From Amoebidium appalachense (taxonomy: Eukaryota > Protista > Ichthyosporea), in assembly GCA_963693365.1 (NCBI GenBank), contig CAVNZM010000005.1, positions 12,934,377 through 12,998,376 of the forward strand: a DNA stretch of 64,000 bases, in the 5' to 3' direction. Shown piece after piece: positions 44,911-59,564 of the stretch (its first letter is position 1; the number at the start of each line of letters is the position of its first letter). The notes beneath the pieces were generated by a model that saw nothing but the letters and a program-made list of their open reading frames with translations, did not search any database and had not been told where the DNA came from. The position numbers and the translations under genes are program-made.

Positions 44911-45060
44911 TACCAGCCCCTCCACCCTCTCCCCGCCCCCCCCTCCCCCCCCCCTCCCTCCCTCTCTCTCTCTCCCTCTCCCTCTCTCCCTCCCTCCCCC
45001 TCTCTCTCTCTTTCGCTCGCTCGCTCTCTCTCTCTCTATATATCTTTTTTTTTTTTTTTT

Positions 45061-45091
<31 letters not shown>

Positions 45092-46002
45092 GGGTGTTGT
45101 TTTGCTTGTCATTTGTTGTTCTGGTTGATTACCTGTAATCTTCACTTATTTATGTGTGTGTTTGTGTATGTATGTAGTGCGGGGTTGCACACCGGTGTCT
45201 ACTTTTCTTCCTACTGTTTTTCTCTCCACACACTTCAACTGTCCACTTCTGCATACCCCCTCTCATAGCTAAAGACACACTTCACACATTGCGTTACGCG
45301 CACGCATGCGTTACGCGCACGCATGCACACACCGCTCTGTTGGCGACAGCTCCGTTGGAACCCATGTGGCATGTTACCCGCCGGCGTAACATAACTCGGA
45401 CTATTGGTTTGGCTTTTTTCAAGCCCAAAGCAATGGGTGATACCATATTTCCGGCTGACATCCGGGGGCATAGCTTTGCGTTCGAAGACGTTAACGTTCC
45501 GCGGCCCTAGTAAGCGTGTTACTACCCTGCGGCGTGGGTCAAATCTCATATTTTCCCCTCTGATAGCGAATTCTGCGGCCTTCGGGACTTCATTCTTTTC
45601 AGCTGGTGTAGTATGTTAGCCGGGAAGTATCGACTTAGGTAGCGACGGGGGAGCTTCCTAGAAGCCCCGTCTCCTGAGTTCCTGTCTATATTTTTCTTGC
45701 TTCTGCTTACTGCTGCAACTTTAATTACCCCCGGCCTTTCCCACCGCCCTTGCCTGCATAAGCAACCCTGCTCGTCTCTGATCAAGACGGGTGACCTACC
45801 CATGTTCAAGTGAAACAGTATCTGAGTTGGGTTTCGTTAATGAGGTGAATAGGTCGAAACTCGGGTACTGTGGATGACGTGCCCCCCCCCCCCCCCTGAG
45901 GATGGGCTCTGCTTATTATGCATACTCTTTATGTATGACTTGCATTCTGCATCGGGTTATCCGTTTGTTCTTGTGCACTTTGTACTTTTTGACGCATCTC
46001 CC

Positions 46003-46035
<33 letters not shown>

Positions 46036-48010
46036 ACCTTCCCCTCCCCCCCCCCCCCCCCGGAAATCTGCTGCTGCTTTCCATGATGCTGTTGCATGTG
46101 TGGTGTAGCAAAAGGTCTAATCGATGACTCTCCTCACGTTTTGACCGTCGTGAACCTCGGCACACCGTGGATGGTCTTGGCTCTCCCACACAATACACGG
46201 CACCACTGTGGGCTTCTTCGATCGAATTCGGTTTCAGTAAGATGGCTCAGAGTCGCGGTGCCAGGAACCGTGCTGCCCCCGTGGTCTCCCCCCTCCCCCC
46301 CTCCCCCCCCCCCCCCCCCCCCCCCCCCACTCTCCCTCCCTCCCTAGATCCCGGCCCTCAATCGGCCACACACACACACACACTGCCTTCCGATCGATAC
46401 ATGTACACACCCACCCACACACACATTTACAAGGCCCGCGGCCGGTGGGCTCGAGCTCCTCGATGACCCGGCCAGGGAACGAGGAATGACACCAGCATTC
46501 CTTCCGGAGGACTCGAGTGGCACTGCAGCTGCAATGGTAGCTGCTTGAAAGGCTGGCATGCATAGCGATATTAGCTAATATATATATAACCCTAACTCTA
46601 TGTAGGAGCCACTGGTGCAAGTGAGGTCCGACAGTGCATATGCATGTTCATGTTGCCTGTGGCACATAGGATGCAGCTGGCACACCATTTGAATGCGCTC
46701 GGAATAGTGGGCACCTGGCTGCACCAGACAGGCAGCCTAGGTGGCCTGCCACGGTGAATCTGGTAAGCATGAACTAGGCCTCAACTACATGTCCGACGTA
46801 TGCACCAGGCAACACAAGTTACAGCTAGAGGCAGTCTGCAAGGCCCGGGGCCACACCACACACCGTGTCCCCCAATTCTGGCATTTCAGATATCTTGATA
46901 ACTGCAGGAAAAAGTTGCCAGTCACCCTGGCATGCTGGCACGTACTGACTGTGCCCTATAGCCTATGTACGCAACCACAGTGTTGATCGACGCTGGTCAA
47001 GGGCAGGTGAGTCACGTGATCAGCCGCTCTCCGTGGTTTCGGGCCTTGAAAAATAAGAGCTCGTAGGTAAGGGGCCGGATAGACTGCAGCTGACATGTCA
47101 AGTAGTCACGGAAGTACAAGCCCTTAGCAGCCTCTGTATGGTAGCTGCAGCCACCTCAGCAGGCCACACGGAGGGCAGCAGGGATCCTCTCGAGGCTCGG
47201 CGTGTACCACGGGAGTCTGTTAGTACGGTGCACAGACAACAGAGCAAGTTCATGATCAGCTCTGAACTACGTAAAACTCCCTGTAGGGTTGCGATGGGCT
47301 TGGCAGTACTAATAGAAATCTAGCCTAGGCTTCCGACTTATAGCAACTCTATAGATGGCCACGCATTCGGTCAGACCCCGTTTGTCAAAGAACTAGGCTT
47401 CTTATACGATTTTAATGGTGAATTGCCCATGTTACACAGGGACACTGTTACAAACGACTGCTTCTGTTGGTGCCTTCGAGCTTTGGCTTTTATCCGCCGT
47501 TGCCCCCCAACACAGGGCTGCACCGCAGCTTGTGCCGGTGGGGTGTGGCCACAGGACCAGCCTGCGGATTATATGTGCTGCCGGGCAGCTGAGGCCTAAG
47601 TTACAAGTCTTGAATGAGTGTGTGTTATAAAACAATCCACCGTGCTTGTCCTTGCCTAAAATACATATGCGCTCAGCCTAGACAGGTTGAAGCCGAAAAT
47701 AGAGAGAAAGGTAATCACGGGAAATGCATAAGAATAGGGACGTTAAAGGTTCCAGATAACATATTTATAGGCTCTTGCTTGTGCTGGCTTTAGAGTTCGA
47801 CCCAGAACTTGCGTCTTGCGTTGGCCACTTCGTTGATGTTGCCTGTAAGGGAACAATAAAACAGTCAGCAAACTGCAACTGATACTTGCTCAGAAACGGG
47901 CAACCACCAGCAACAAATCCCCATTCTTCTCTTGCACTTCCCGTCAGCCTACCTTCCCTTCTCCCTCAGCCACACACACTAGCACACATAGACACCACTA
48001 TTGAGTTTGC

Positions 48011-48820
48011 TTAAATAACTTGGTACCCACCTAGTGCCAGGGCATCGGGCAGAGCAAACAGGGCGGTGGAGAAGAAAGGGCAGTTGGCGGTGCCCCGGCC
48101 GTCATACTGGATGGTGGTGCAGGTCAGCAGCGGGCTGACCGGGAACACGGTCTGCCACTCCCCGCCCACACACACCTCCATGCTGGTGCGTGTGGCTGTG
48201 CAGCGCGAGGTCCCCTCAGCATACTGGGCGCCGTTTGTCAGCACACAGCGCACGGGGCTCTTGACGACTCTGTAGAGGGCCACGCAGGACAGGTCCAGCA
48301 CGGGCTGGGGCTCCGCCAGGCACGTGAAGATGCTCTCGTCGTTGGGGCACTTGTTGTCGTCGTAGCGGCAGATACCCCGCGCTACATAGGGGCAGTCCTG
48401 CGGGTTTGCGGCGTAGTGCGCACAGCCCGTGCACTTGCACCAGTAGGCGTTGACCTGCGCACTGACCGACCGCCAGCAGCCGTAGAACGACCCGTTGACC
48501 TGTGCTGACGTCACCGTGATGTTGGGAGCTGGGTCCAACGCCGTGGCCATGCTGGGCCGCCCGCGCGGCGCTGCAGGCTCGCCTACCTGCCCGTTTTGAG
48601 GGCCTGGAGGCTCGGCAGCAGCAGCGGCCACGTTCACCTGCTGAAGGGCAGGGCCGATGGTGATCACCTGGGCATTTTCAACAGCAGCCGGCTGCACCTG
48701 ATCGACTAGAGGCTGCGTAACTTCTTGGGGCCGCACTCTCTGCCGTGCCCTGGTGACTGCAATCTGGCCGTGTGTGGTGTGCAGTGTCAACGCACCCAGT
48801 ACTGCCAGCAGCCGGAACAT
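48011..48820 (-). CDS. Secreted cysteine-rich protein of unknown function; intronless, ~269 aa
   Basis: Signal-peptide-like MFRLLAVLGALTLHTTHG, a Gln/Pro/Ala linker, then a Cys-rich domain. Strongly GC3-biased codons and no repeats. Confidence 0.75.
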   Translation of the reverse strand: MFRLLAVLGALTLHTTHGQIAVTRARQRVRPQEVTQPLVDQVQPAAVENAQVITIGPALQQVNVAAAAAEPPGPQNGQVGEPAAPRGRPSMATALDPAPNITVTSAQVNGSFYGCWRSVSAQVNAYWCKCTGCAHYAANPQDCPYVARGICRYDDNKCPNDESIFTCLAEPQPVLDLSCVALYRVVKSPVRCVLTNGAQYAEGTSRCTATRTSMEVCVGGEWQTVFPVSPLLTCTTIQYDGRGTANCPFFSTALFALPDALALGGYQVI

Positions 48821-51800
48821 GCTGGCCTGAAGCACCACCGGTGGCCCGGCCGTGAATAGGCGTGTTGCGGAAAGAGAAGTGGATGTTCTGAACGACACTT
48901 GGACTAGTAAACTATTCAATGTGACTGCGTGACAGAGAGCCCGCAGAATGAAAGCAGAGGCTTTGTCTGGCTACGCAGATGTGACGTAGAATCTATCGAT
49001 TCGTCCTGCTCGACTAATTCTCAAGTCCCTGTTAACAAGAGAGCAAAACTCTAAAAACTAGGTTGAACCGTCCGCTGCTCAGGCCCTCCAATAAACGCCC
49101 AAAATGACCTATATCTCAAAACTACACGTTTGTTGAAAATTATAACCCAGGGAATCTTGTAGTTGATTGTGAACCAAAAGAACGAAGCTCTATTGTAGTG
49201 ACCCTATACGCCACCTCGAGTCACATGTGCTACAAAGAGAAAACTGCGGGGTTGAGCGAACGGCGGGGCGCCTTACCGGCACATTCCAACGCTATCTGTG
49301 CTAGCCAATCAGAGGCATTAGAAAAAAGTTTGGCAGTGCTTGTTGTTTTTACCGAAAAATTAAACTGACCCCCCTTAGCTGCTACAAAAGTTTCTGTAAA
49401 GCCCCTCATAGTCAAATTTAGCTCATATGTGCCGGGTATCGGCGATACTTTCAGTCAACTGGTGACTTCGCGAGTCCGCGTCGCCCCGCTTTGCAAAATG
49501 GTTCCGAGAATGACAACAGAGAACAATAATATAGCAGGTGTCTTATATCTAAACGCTAAAGTTTAAACCAAATACAAAATTACACTGAATTTTTCTGTCA
49601 CTGGTGTTGCTTTTCCAGAACAACATCGCGTGATGGCAGCTTACAGGCTGACTGTACTTCCCGAAGTATTTGGCTCCAAAGGTGAAACATGTGGATGACA
49701 TACAACCAATGGGATTGTATAAAGACATTGTCAAAAACGTTACCGATCAGCCTTCGTCATCCCTAGACTAAGACCATCACGCAGCTAAGAGCGTAGTACA
49801 CTTGACGCCAATAACAAAAAATATTGTTAATACATAGTACTAGCTGTAACTAATTAGATAGAGCATAAATCAATAAGAGATATTGGTAGCTCTAGTTACC
49901 GCACCTTCAGCCGAACCTGTTGAGCCTACGCAGGAGTGGGCTTTCGGCCAATCCGATGATAGCAGTTTTATTGAGTCTTGACTTGTGCCATGCGGGCAAA
50001 CGATTGGGCTTCCGAGTGACGCTTACTGTTCTGGTTGGTCGTTTCAACTCAGCAGCAAAGCCGTAGAAAGAAAAGCTGGCACACTGTGCAACCACGTGCA
50101 CGTGTTTAAAAACCGATGTTATCATAACTTTTTCATTAGTTAGCTACCGGGGGTGACACTTGCAAAGGTGTGCCATGGTCGGCCACCTTTTTACCCCATG
50201 AACCACAGTAGGGGAGGTGGTACTATACGTCCACGTGCACAAGCACACACACATACAGCTGGTTGGCTTGTGCACGACGGGCTTCTGAAACCTAAATGTT
50301 TCGTCAGGCATCAGGGAAGCTTTGAAACTTGGGGTATTTGCGCATTCTCCCCAACCACGTTTGCGCTTGTCAGGGAAGAATGGCAGGTTGGCAGGATTAA
50401 CTAGAGAGTCAATAAACTTGAGTTTCTGGAGTGAAAAGTTAATCGGCACACAGTGTGAGCTGGTGTCCGGGATGGGCTTCCAGATCCGAAGTCGGACACT
50501 TGTTTGTGGGACCTGGACACACACAGGTCTAAAAAAAGAAGTTCAAAAAGAACCAGAAGAAAGGATGTTTTCTGGTTGGCGAGGACGGGGTGGTGGGGTG
50601 AGTGTGGTGGAGAGGGTGGTGGTGGTGGGGAAAGGTCGGCGGTGTGTGTCTGATTTGCGTGCTGAGATCATCTGATGGTATACCGCTCGTTAACAACCTA
50701 CGAAGTGTGTGTAACCGCTCGTGCGCTATGGTTAACGCATGGGTGTGTTTGTGCCCTCATGTGCCAGGTGTGTGCCGACCTGCTGTCGCGCGGCGAAGTT
50801 TAAGTTTAGGAGAGGAACGTTAGCTAAGGAAAGTTTTGTGTGATGCTGCCGGTGTAGGTACCAGCGAATGAAAAGACCAGGTACTATTATTTGCAGTGAC
50901 TGTCCCTGTTCAAGGCCACGGTTCAATCAATATAAACTAGAGTAAACGTCTACTGACCGTGCCGTCTGAGATGCCAGCACACTTTTGCACAGACATGGTT
51001 AAATTTAGACCGGCAAGGTACAGTTACCACAATGGCCGACCTGCAGCTAAGTAGGTTTCCGTATGCCAGTGCCAGGTCAACTTCATGCACTTTTTCCTTC
51101 TTTTTCAAGCCCTCCCCCACCTCATCCCCCTCCCCCCCCCCTCCCCGCCCCTCCACCACCACTCCTTCCTGTACATGTGCGTGTTCCCACACTACTGACC
51201 CCCTCCCCCCCCCTGGGGTTAGAACACTGACCCTCACCCCCCTTACCCCCGAACGCGCATACACACACACGCACGGACGCCCGACCCACCTGTGCTCCGT
51301 GCAAATCCAGTTATCAAGTGTTCCTGTGCCGATGCACCGCTGGCATCGTGCAACACATTGCATGATTTTCCCACACCTGCGTTCTCACAATTGCTCTCAG
51401 CTAGCCGACTGTGTAGGGTTTGGTGCATTTGGGTTATTTCTTCCGTTGGCGTCCTTGCTTTTCAGTCGGTCTACTTTGCCAGACCCCTGTCCTTTCACAT
51501 CATGGACATGTTCGCAATCCGACTGTGGCACGGGTATGAAAGAGCCCAACACGCACACACGCACACATTAGATGCCCGGACACAAGAACAAACACACACA
51601 TTCACGCATAAACACATGCACGCACAAACACACGCACACACACACACACACACATACGCGCACGCACACATGCACACGCACGCACACACACACGCATACA
51701 CGCGCGCACGCCGTCAAACAGAACGCAGTGCTAACAAAACACCGCTGCAAATTCAGCCAATCAAGAAGTAGGAAAGATATTGCAGCCAATCACAGCATAG

Positions 51801-52707
51801 ATTGCCGGTATAACAGCAGCCCTGTCAGCCTGTTACACAACCATCATCAAACAGTAACGAGAAAAAATCTTTCAAGAGGTCGAGACCTGAAAAGAAGGTC
51901 TGCGATAGCACAGCTTACCCTAAAACTAGTGGTCTACCAACCACCACTGAAGAGCACTCAGTACCAAACAGATAAGCTATTTGATCGCTGCAAAGTTGTC
52001 ACGTTCATCCCCAGAGTCAACACCACCACGCCCCTGTGCCCATTGTAACCATGGAGGGGGGAATGAGAGGTATGAGTGAGTGTGTATTTCTGCTTGCCTG
52101 CCTGTGTGCGTGAGCGCGTGTGTTCACGATTGAATACGTTTCTGTGAGCATGTGTGCGTGCGTAGGTGTGTATGTGTCTGTGTGTGAGCGAGCTGCCGTC
52201 TTGGTGTGCGTGCGTGTGTGTGTGTGCATGTGTGTTGGGGAAGTCGGGGAGAGACTGGGACGGATCTGTGTGTGTGCAGGGGGGGGGGGGGGGGGGGGGG
52301 AGGGGGGTAGGGGGCGGGGAGGGGGGGGGAGGATAAGGAGGGAGGGGCGGTTGCGAGGAAGGGGTCGGGACCCAGTGTCTGAGCTGTGATCTAATGGGGT
52401 GGCTCAAAACTGGCGAGGGAGAAGGGGGGGTGGAGCGTGGAGGGGAAAGGAAGGGGAAGGGACGTAGGGGCGGATCCTAGAGACTTATGTGCGCCTATGC
52501 GCCTGAGTCTTATTGTGTTTGTGCGCGCGCGCGCGCGCGTGTGTGTACCTGAGTGAGTGAGTGATAGAGAAGGGGATGAAGGGGGGGAGGAACGAGAGAG
52601 TGTGTGTACGTGTTATGTATGTGTGTGTGTGAGCTAGTGTGGGAGTGTGTGCGTGCTTCTGCGTGTGGATGTGTGCGTGCGCGCGCGCGCGCGCGTGTGT
52701 ATGTGTC

Positions 52708-52807
52708 TGTGTGGAGTGGGGATCTAGGGGCTTATGGGTGCAAAAAACGCCACACGTGTGTGTGGAATGGGGATCTAGGGGCTTATGGGTGCAAAAAACG
52801 CCACACG
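52708..52807. repeat. 51-bp direct duplication
   Basis: TGGARTGGGGATCTAGGGGCTTATGGGTGCAAAAAACGCCACAC occurs twice. Confidence 0.85.
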
Positions 52808-53498
52808 CGTGTTACTGTTAGGAGCTGTGTAGGTGAGTAGGTCTTCACAATTGGGGAATGTGTTCAAGAGAGGACGGAACATGGGTCGGGTTGAGCATAC
52901 AGGTGTGTGGGTGCATGGCTACGGGCAAGTGCATTCTAGCCCCCCCCACTTCTTGGGGTTGCGGCCAAGCAGGATAGGGTATGCACAACCGGGAGGGTTC
53001 CCTCCAGGTCACCCCAGCAGCACACAGACAGATATAGCTGCAGGCAGTCACTGCACACACACCCAGACAGATATAGCTGCAGGCACACACAACTTGGGTC
53101 TGCCAAAGGGTTGTAGCCTGCAGTTACATATGCCTGGCTGACCCCACTCGTTGGTGGCAAAGCTCACCATCATTCCCCCCTCCCCCCTCCCCCCCCCCCC
53201 CCCCCCTCCCCCCCCCCTCCCCCCCCCCAAGGCCTCACTCCGCCTCCCCTCCCCCCCCCCCGGCCCCTTCTTCCCTACCCCCCCTTCCCCACAACACAAG
53301 CCCACCCACCTATCCGTGATCGGGCTTTGTGCCTCCAATCCCAACGTCTACCCCTCCACCCGCTTACACCTTCAACCGGGCACCCCTGCGTTCTCTCTCT
53401 TTTTCCAAACGCCTGCACGGTTTTCCATTTGCCTGCAAATACTGACCGGTTTCTATCCCTCGGCACCCACCTCCCGCGGTCATTACAGCGTAAGCTAT

Positions 53499-53535
<37 letters not shown>

Positions 53536-53814
53536 CCCTTCCTCCCCCCTCCCCCCCCCCCCCCCCCCCCCAGCGCCCTCTTCCCCCTCGTGCACCATGC
53601 CACAAGGGTAGGGTTCTGCTGTGTGCCGTTTTTTGAGCCGTGGTCATTGCAGTTCCCAGATAGACCAGTTGCCCATGTGTGCCCACCTCTAGCTCGCACA
53701 CACATGCAGAACTGGCATTGCACTCTTTATGCATGTGGTGCTCTCTTCACCTGTGCCCCTCCTGCCCAACTTGGCCCACGTGCATACTCTGTGTGTGCAT
53801 GGTGCTATCAGTTG

Positions 53815-53860
<46 letters not shown>

Positions 53861-54047
53861 GCATACTCTTTACGTGTGGTTTGCACTCTGCATCGTCTTG
53901 TTCGTTGTTCATGTGTACTTCGTACTTTATGACGCATTTACCTCTCCCCCCCCCCCCTCGCACACACACACACCCACCCACACACAAAAACACATTGCCC
54001 ACACCGCACAAGCAATGCGCACACGTACACAAAATACAACGTGCAAG

Positions 54048-54084
<37 letters not shown>

Positions 54085-54220
54085 ACCCCCCACACACACA
54101 CACCACCAAACACATACACACACACGCACACACACCAACGCACACACACACACACACACACACATACATACACACACACACACACACACGCACACACGCA
54201 CACACACACACACACACATG

Positions 54221-54322
<102 letters not shown>

Positions 54323-54436
54323 ATGCATGCAGACACAGGCACTGTGGAGGACACACACCACAGCCTTTGCATTCACCAAACATTTACTTGTGGTCAGGCC
54401 AATGAACCTGCACACAACCGCCATCAGCACCCCCTC

Positions 54437-54467
<31 letters not shown>

Positions 54468-54688
54468 AAAAAAAAAAAAAAAGAGAGAGAGAAGAAGAAG
54501 ACTGTTTCCTTTATTATAAAACGTTCTAACCACCCCCCTCAATACCCCCCAGGATTCTAATCTTGGCTATCACCTCTTCTGTTGGTGTCATGACCGTCTT
54601 CCTGGCCTGTGCATTGCCGGGTTTTGGGTAACTCCCCCCCCCCCCCCCCCCCCCCCCCGGGCACTTGGGCCCTTCCATAGGATGGGCT

Positions 54689-55024
54689 CTGCTTACATTC
54701 TGTGCGCATTGCTGCTGTTGAATACGTGAAAGTTTGCCTTAGCATCTGCTTACATACTGTGCGCATTGCTGCTGTTGAATACTTGAAAGTTTGCCTTAGC
54801 ATCTGCTTACATACTGTGCGCATTCCTGCTGTTGAATACTTGAAAGTTTGCCTTAGCATCTGCTTACATACTGTGCGCATTGCTGCCGTTGAATACTTGA
54901 AAGTTTGCCTTAGCATCTGCTTACATACTGTGCGCATTGCTGCTGTTGAATACTTGAGAGTTTGCCTTAGCATCTGCTTACATACTGTGCGCATTGCTGC
55001 TGTTGAATACTTGAAAGTTTGCCT
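54689..55024. repeat. 57-bp minisatellite, ~6 copies
   Basis: Tandem TGCTTACATACTGTGCGCATTGCTGCTGTTGAATACTTGAAAGTTTGCCTTAGCATC, which explains the 19-aa periodic ORFs on both strands. Confidence 0.95.
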
Positions 55025-55397
55025 CTGGGGGTATCAGGTTTAGGGTTTAGGGTCACGTGCCAACCATGCTTACATGGCCGTACACGTGTACATGCACCTG
55101 AACTGGCCGCGTACACATGTATACATCCCCCCCACCAAAAGGAAATGAAAGAAAGAAGAAGAAAAGAAGAAGAAGAAGAAAGACACACAGTGAGAGAGAT
55201 TTGCAACCTTGGGTATGTGTGCATCCATAGCCACATCATCAGACACCCACCACAGGACGTACACGACATGAATGCATGCACGGGCACATACATGAACAGG
55301 ATCACTTACCGGCACACTTGTCCGTGGTGCACCACTAACCACTCCCCCGTTCACCCCACCCAAAATCCCCCACTCCCTCACGCCCCACCATCCCCCC

Positions 55398-55433
<36 letters not shown>

Positions 55434-55700
55434 CACACACACACATACACACCTCCTCCCCATTCCCGCCTTTCGCCCACCATCACACATACCATCATCT
55501 ATCCGATCCCACCCACCCAACCCCGACCCACCTGCCCCTCCTTCCCCCTCACCTTCCTCCTCTCCCCTCCTCCCCCCCCCCCCCCCCCCCCCCCCTTCCC
55601 CCCCCCCCCCCCTCCCCCCACCCCCTCCTACCGCACCACGGCCTCTCTCTTAAACCAACAGCAACTGGTCACCATTGTCTGTCGGTATGTGCTTCCTTCT

Positions 55701-55731
<31 letters not shown>

Positions 55732-56051
55732 CCCCCCCCCCCTCCCCCCACTCCCCCCCCCGCGCTCGGTTCTTTTGTGTGTCTTCTGTAGATCCTTCAG
55801 CCCTTTCCTCCTGTCCTTTGCTTGTGTCAGTATACATTCCCCCCTCTCCCCCCCTTCCCTGTGTAGGTTCTGCAAATCCTCCTCTCTCTCCCTTCTTTCC
55901 CTCCCTCCCCATTCCCCTTATGCATCCCGGCGCTTCCTCCTCCTCCCGCGCCCCTCCCCCCCTCTCCCCCCCCCCAAAAAAAAAAAACAAAAACAAAAAA
56001 AAACAAAACAAAAACAAAAAAAAAAACACACACACACACACACACGCATGG

Positions 56052-56179
<128 letters not shown>

Positions 56180-57928
56180 CATGGGTTCTCAAGCACATTG
56201 ACTTACCCGCTATCCCCCCAGTGTTCTTCTATCTGCTAGCACCTGCCCCCCTCATTGTATCGCAGAAACTGAGCGGTGGCAGCTCATTCGGAGACGAAGG
56301 GTAGGTCTGTGTGTTGGAGATGTGTTGTGTTTGGAAGGATCGGGCATTTCAGTGTTCTAGTGTTTGAGTGTGGTGATGTAATAATTGCTTTTGTCTTTCT
56401 GTTGTTCATTCTGGTTTCATATTACCTTCTTCATTTTCTTCTTCCTTGCTCTTTCTATAACTTCTTTTTTATTTCGTGTATGTGTGGGTGTGGGTGTGTG
56501 TGCGTGTGTGTGTGTGTGGCCCAGGCCCGGGGCCGGGCGTGAGCGTGTGTGTATGTGGACGTCGGTGTTAGTGTGAGTATGGGGGGAGGAGAAGTGTATA
56601 GCACATTATAGAGTTCGAAGTGCACATATATGACCGACAGCATCTTAGCGGGAGAAAGAAGGGGCCGGGGGAGGTGGGGGGGGGGGGGGGGGGGGGGGGG
56701 GGAGGGGGGGGGGGGGGCACCATTTTTGTTGGCATACCCAAAACGACAATGCACTCCAGAAACAACCGACCCACCCACCCCCCCTTTCCCCACCCTTTTC
56801 CGTGTCTACATGTGCCAGCTGTGTTCCCAGTGGGTGCATGGTGGCCGGCTGTGTGTTTCTTTGTTTCCTGTGCAGTCTGCCTGGTGTTGGTGTGTGTCGT
56901 TTGTTGTTGTCGTGTTTGGCCCGACCCCATGTGAGTGCACACCAATGCGGTGTGTTGGCTGCACGTGCATGCACATGCACACACAGAGCTAACCACGTGG
57001 TCATGCAGGGGTGCCGGGGAGGGGGCTATGTTCCTGGCCACAATATTTGTGCTCTCCTCTTTCGGTGGGTTACAGTCACCCCTGCTTCTTTTCATAGTAC
57101 ATATGTCATCCACACATTGAGAGGGTTTTAGGTTTGGGGGAATGGAGACTGAGGGGGGAATGAGGGTAAGGGTAGGGATAGCGTGTGTTTGTGTGTGATT
57201 GTGGGGGGGAGGGGGGGGAGGGGGGGGTTTAATAGCTCTGTAGCTGGGTTGATATGATATGTGAGAATGTGAGACGGAGATACACGCGCATGTTAGCAGT
57301 GCCGGTGGTGGAGGTGTGCGGTGTGGATTGGTGGGCGTGAAGGGTGTCCATGTGGGTGATATTGGTCGGGGTTGGGGATAAATCTTGTGCATGTTATGTG
57401 CATGGTGCAATCTGTGTCTGCATGGGGGATTTTGTGCTCATTTGTGTGCAAGTGCGTGTGTTAGGTGTGTTGTATATTTTCACATGAGGTGTTCCATCTC
57501 GTGGGCATTTTGTTGTGTTGTGTACCTGTGCATGCGTATGTGTGTTTATGGGTGAAGTATATGTTTGTGCGTGAGGCATACATTTATAGTCAGTCTTGTA
57601 CATTGGGGCGCATGTGTGCACGGGTGTAATGTACACTATAATATTGTACTGTTCAATGCATATATGTGTGTGCCCATGCATGGGTGTGGTATGCATGGGT
57701 GTGCACATATGGATGTGGTGTACGTGTGTGCATGTGTCTGCTCGTGGCTGCTGGGTGTTACCTCATGTTTGTGTCTGATTGTTATTTGCACCCACAGGCC
57801 TGCCGATGGTTCTCTGCCATGCCGGTGTGGTGAGACACCCCCCCGCCCCCGCCCCCTCCCCCTCCCCTCTTCTCGTGTCCCATGCCCTTCGCCTCCTCAG
57901 CCTCCCCCCCCCCCCCCCCCCCCCCCCC

Positions 57929-57961
<33 letters not shown>

Positions 57962-58089
57962 ACGTCTATCTGTAGGCCCATATCATGGGTCCGAATCACA
58001 TCCCTTCTGCCCACAGGCTGCATGGTGCTTGTGTGGTCAGCGTGTGCCTGCATTGCCTGTAAACCCTAGACTCAAACTACTTTTTTTTT

Positions 58090-58132
<43 letters not shown>

Positions 58133-58590
58133 TGGATAGACATGTACATGCAAACACATGAAGCACACATTCAAGTACATGTATGCACAATCACATGTTG
58201 TTGTCCAGCTATTGAAACTGTGAATGTGAGCTCGAACAAAATTGGTTGTGTTGGCAGTGGCGGGGGTGTAGGGGGGCGGAGGAGCAGGGCCGCAAAGGGA
58301 CAGGGGGAGGAATTGCTTTGCATGGGGCTAGTGGCTGACCCATTCTGATTGGCGGCAGATCACACTGGGGGCCATGCTGCTGACACTGCTGGGCAACCTG
58401 TTTGTGTTTGGCTCCATGCTGGCTTACGGCCTAGTCTTCAGTGACACAGACTTCTAGATGGGAGGGAGTTACACGTGTAGACACACAGAGAGCTGTGCAT
58501 GCACCATTCACGGACACGCACACACACACACACAGCACGCATAACACAAGAAAACACCCGCACTTGCACGCAGGCGCGCGCGCACACACA

Positions 58591-58686
<96 letters not shown>

Positions 58687-59016
58687 TATATACTGCCTAC
58701 CCACTAATCTCACTGCTTTCTATTAAGCTATGGTGTGTGGAATGTTTGGGCTATTCATGCTGACACATCCAACTCTAGGCAACTTGGTGACTCATAAACT
58801 TACATGCTGCATTCAGGGACCTGATATTTACATATTCATTGCGAGGCTTTATTGTTGCACACTCATGTAGCTGATATGTGCTTCCGTGTGTGATAGGGTG
58901 GTTAGGTGGGTGTGGGTATACGTATGTGCACATGTGTGTATTGTGTGTGTGTGTTTTGGGGGTGGTGGTGATGGTGGTGGTGGTGAGAGAGGGGGGAGAA
59001 GAGGGGGGGGGGAGAA

Positions 59017-59052
<36 letters not shown>

Positions 59053-59079
59053 GGCTGAATAGCGACTGACATGAGACTT

Positions 59080-59564
59080 TGTAAAGAGTTGGACTAGTTC
59101 GGATAAGGCAGAGTACAACTGAATCAAAATAAAGACAGATAACGGGTAGAAAGGCACACGCGGCCAGGTTGCCTTTACTATGGGCCGACTCAGTCTGTCT
59201 CAGACTGAAGTGATCCCCCGTACTGGGACGGCTTTCTTATATAGCTCCCAGGTTTCGGATCAAGGCCCAGTATTGGTTCATCCGCTGCCAGCGCGGGTGG
59301 CAACATGCCATTCGTGATTATGGTGCGGTCCAAGCCAGTCAGACCCTAAGGCTTGTCCTATTTATGCAAACCTCTTATTGGTTCACTTCGTTTATGTGAT
59401 ATGCAGCGGAAGAACATATATGGTTCACTTCTTAGGTCAGAGTGATTCCGATTGCCGGGTGCAGAAAAAATATTTATGTGACATTCATGACAAAGCACGA
59501 ATCGTATGCTAGTATATCACATTCTTCAATAAACATGTACAGTTCATGTGCACAGTTGTTTACA
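59080..59564 (-). mobile_element. 3' LTR of a gypsy-type element (minus strand), with adjacent PPT
   Basis: TGT...ACA ends; reverse-complement homologue of 61235-61714. A purine tract AAGGGGGGGAG (59565-59575) lies immediately 5' on the minus strand. Confidence 0.88.

Noticed and set aside
50280-50515. Minus-strand segment with KLKFIDSL resembling Polinton PolB
   Set aside because: It is too short, has no other PolB motifs and cannot be joined into a gene model.
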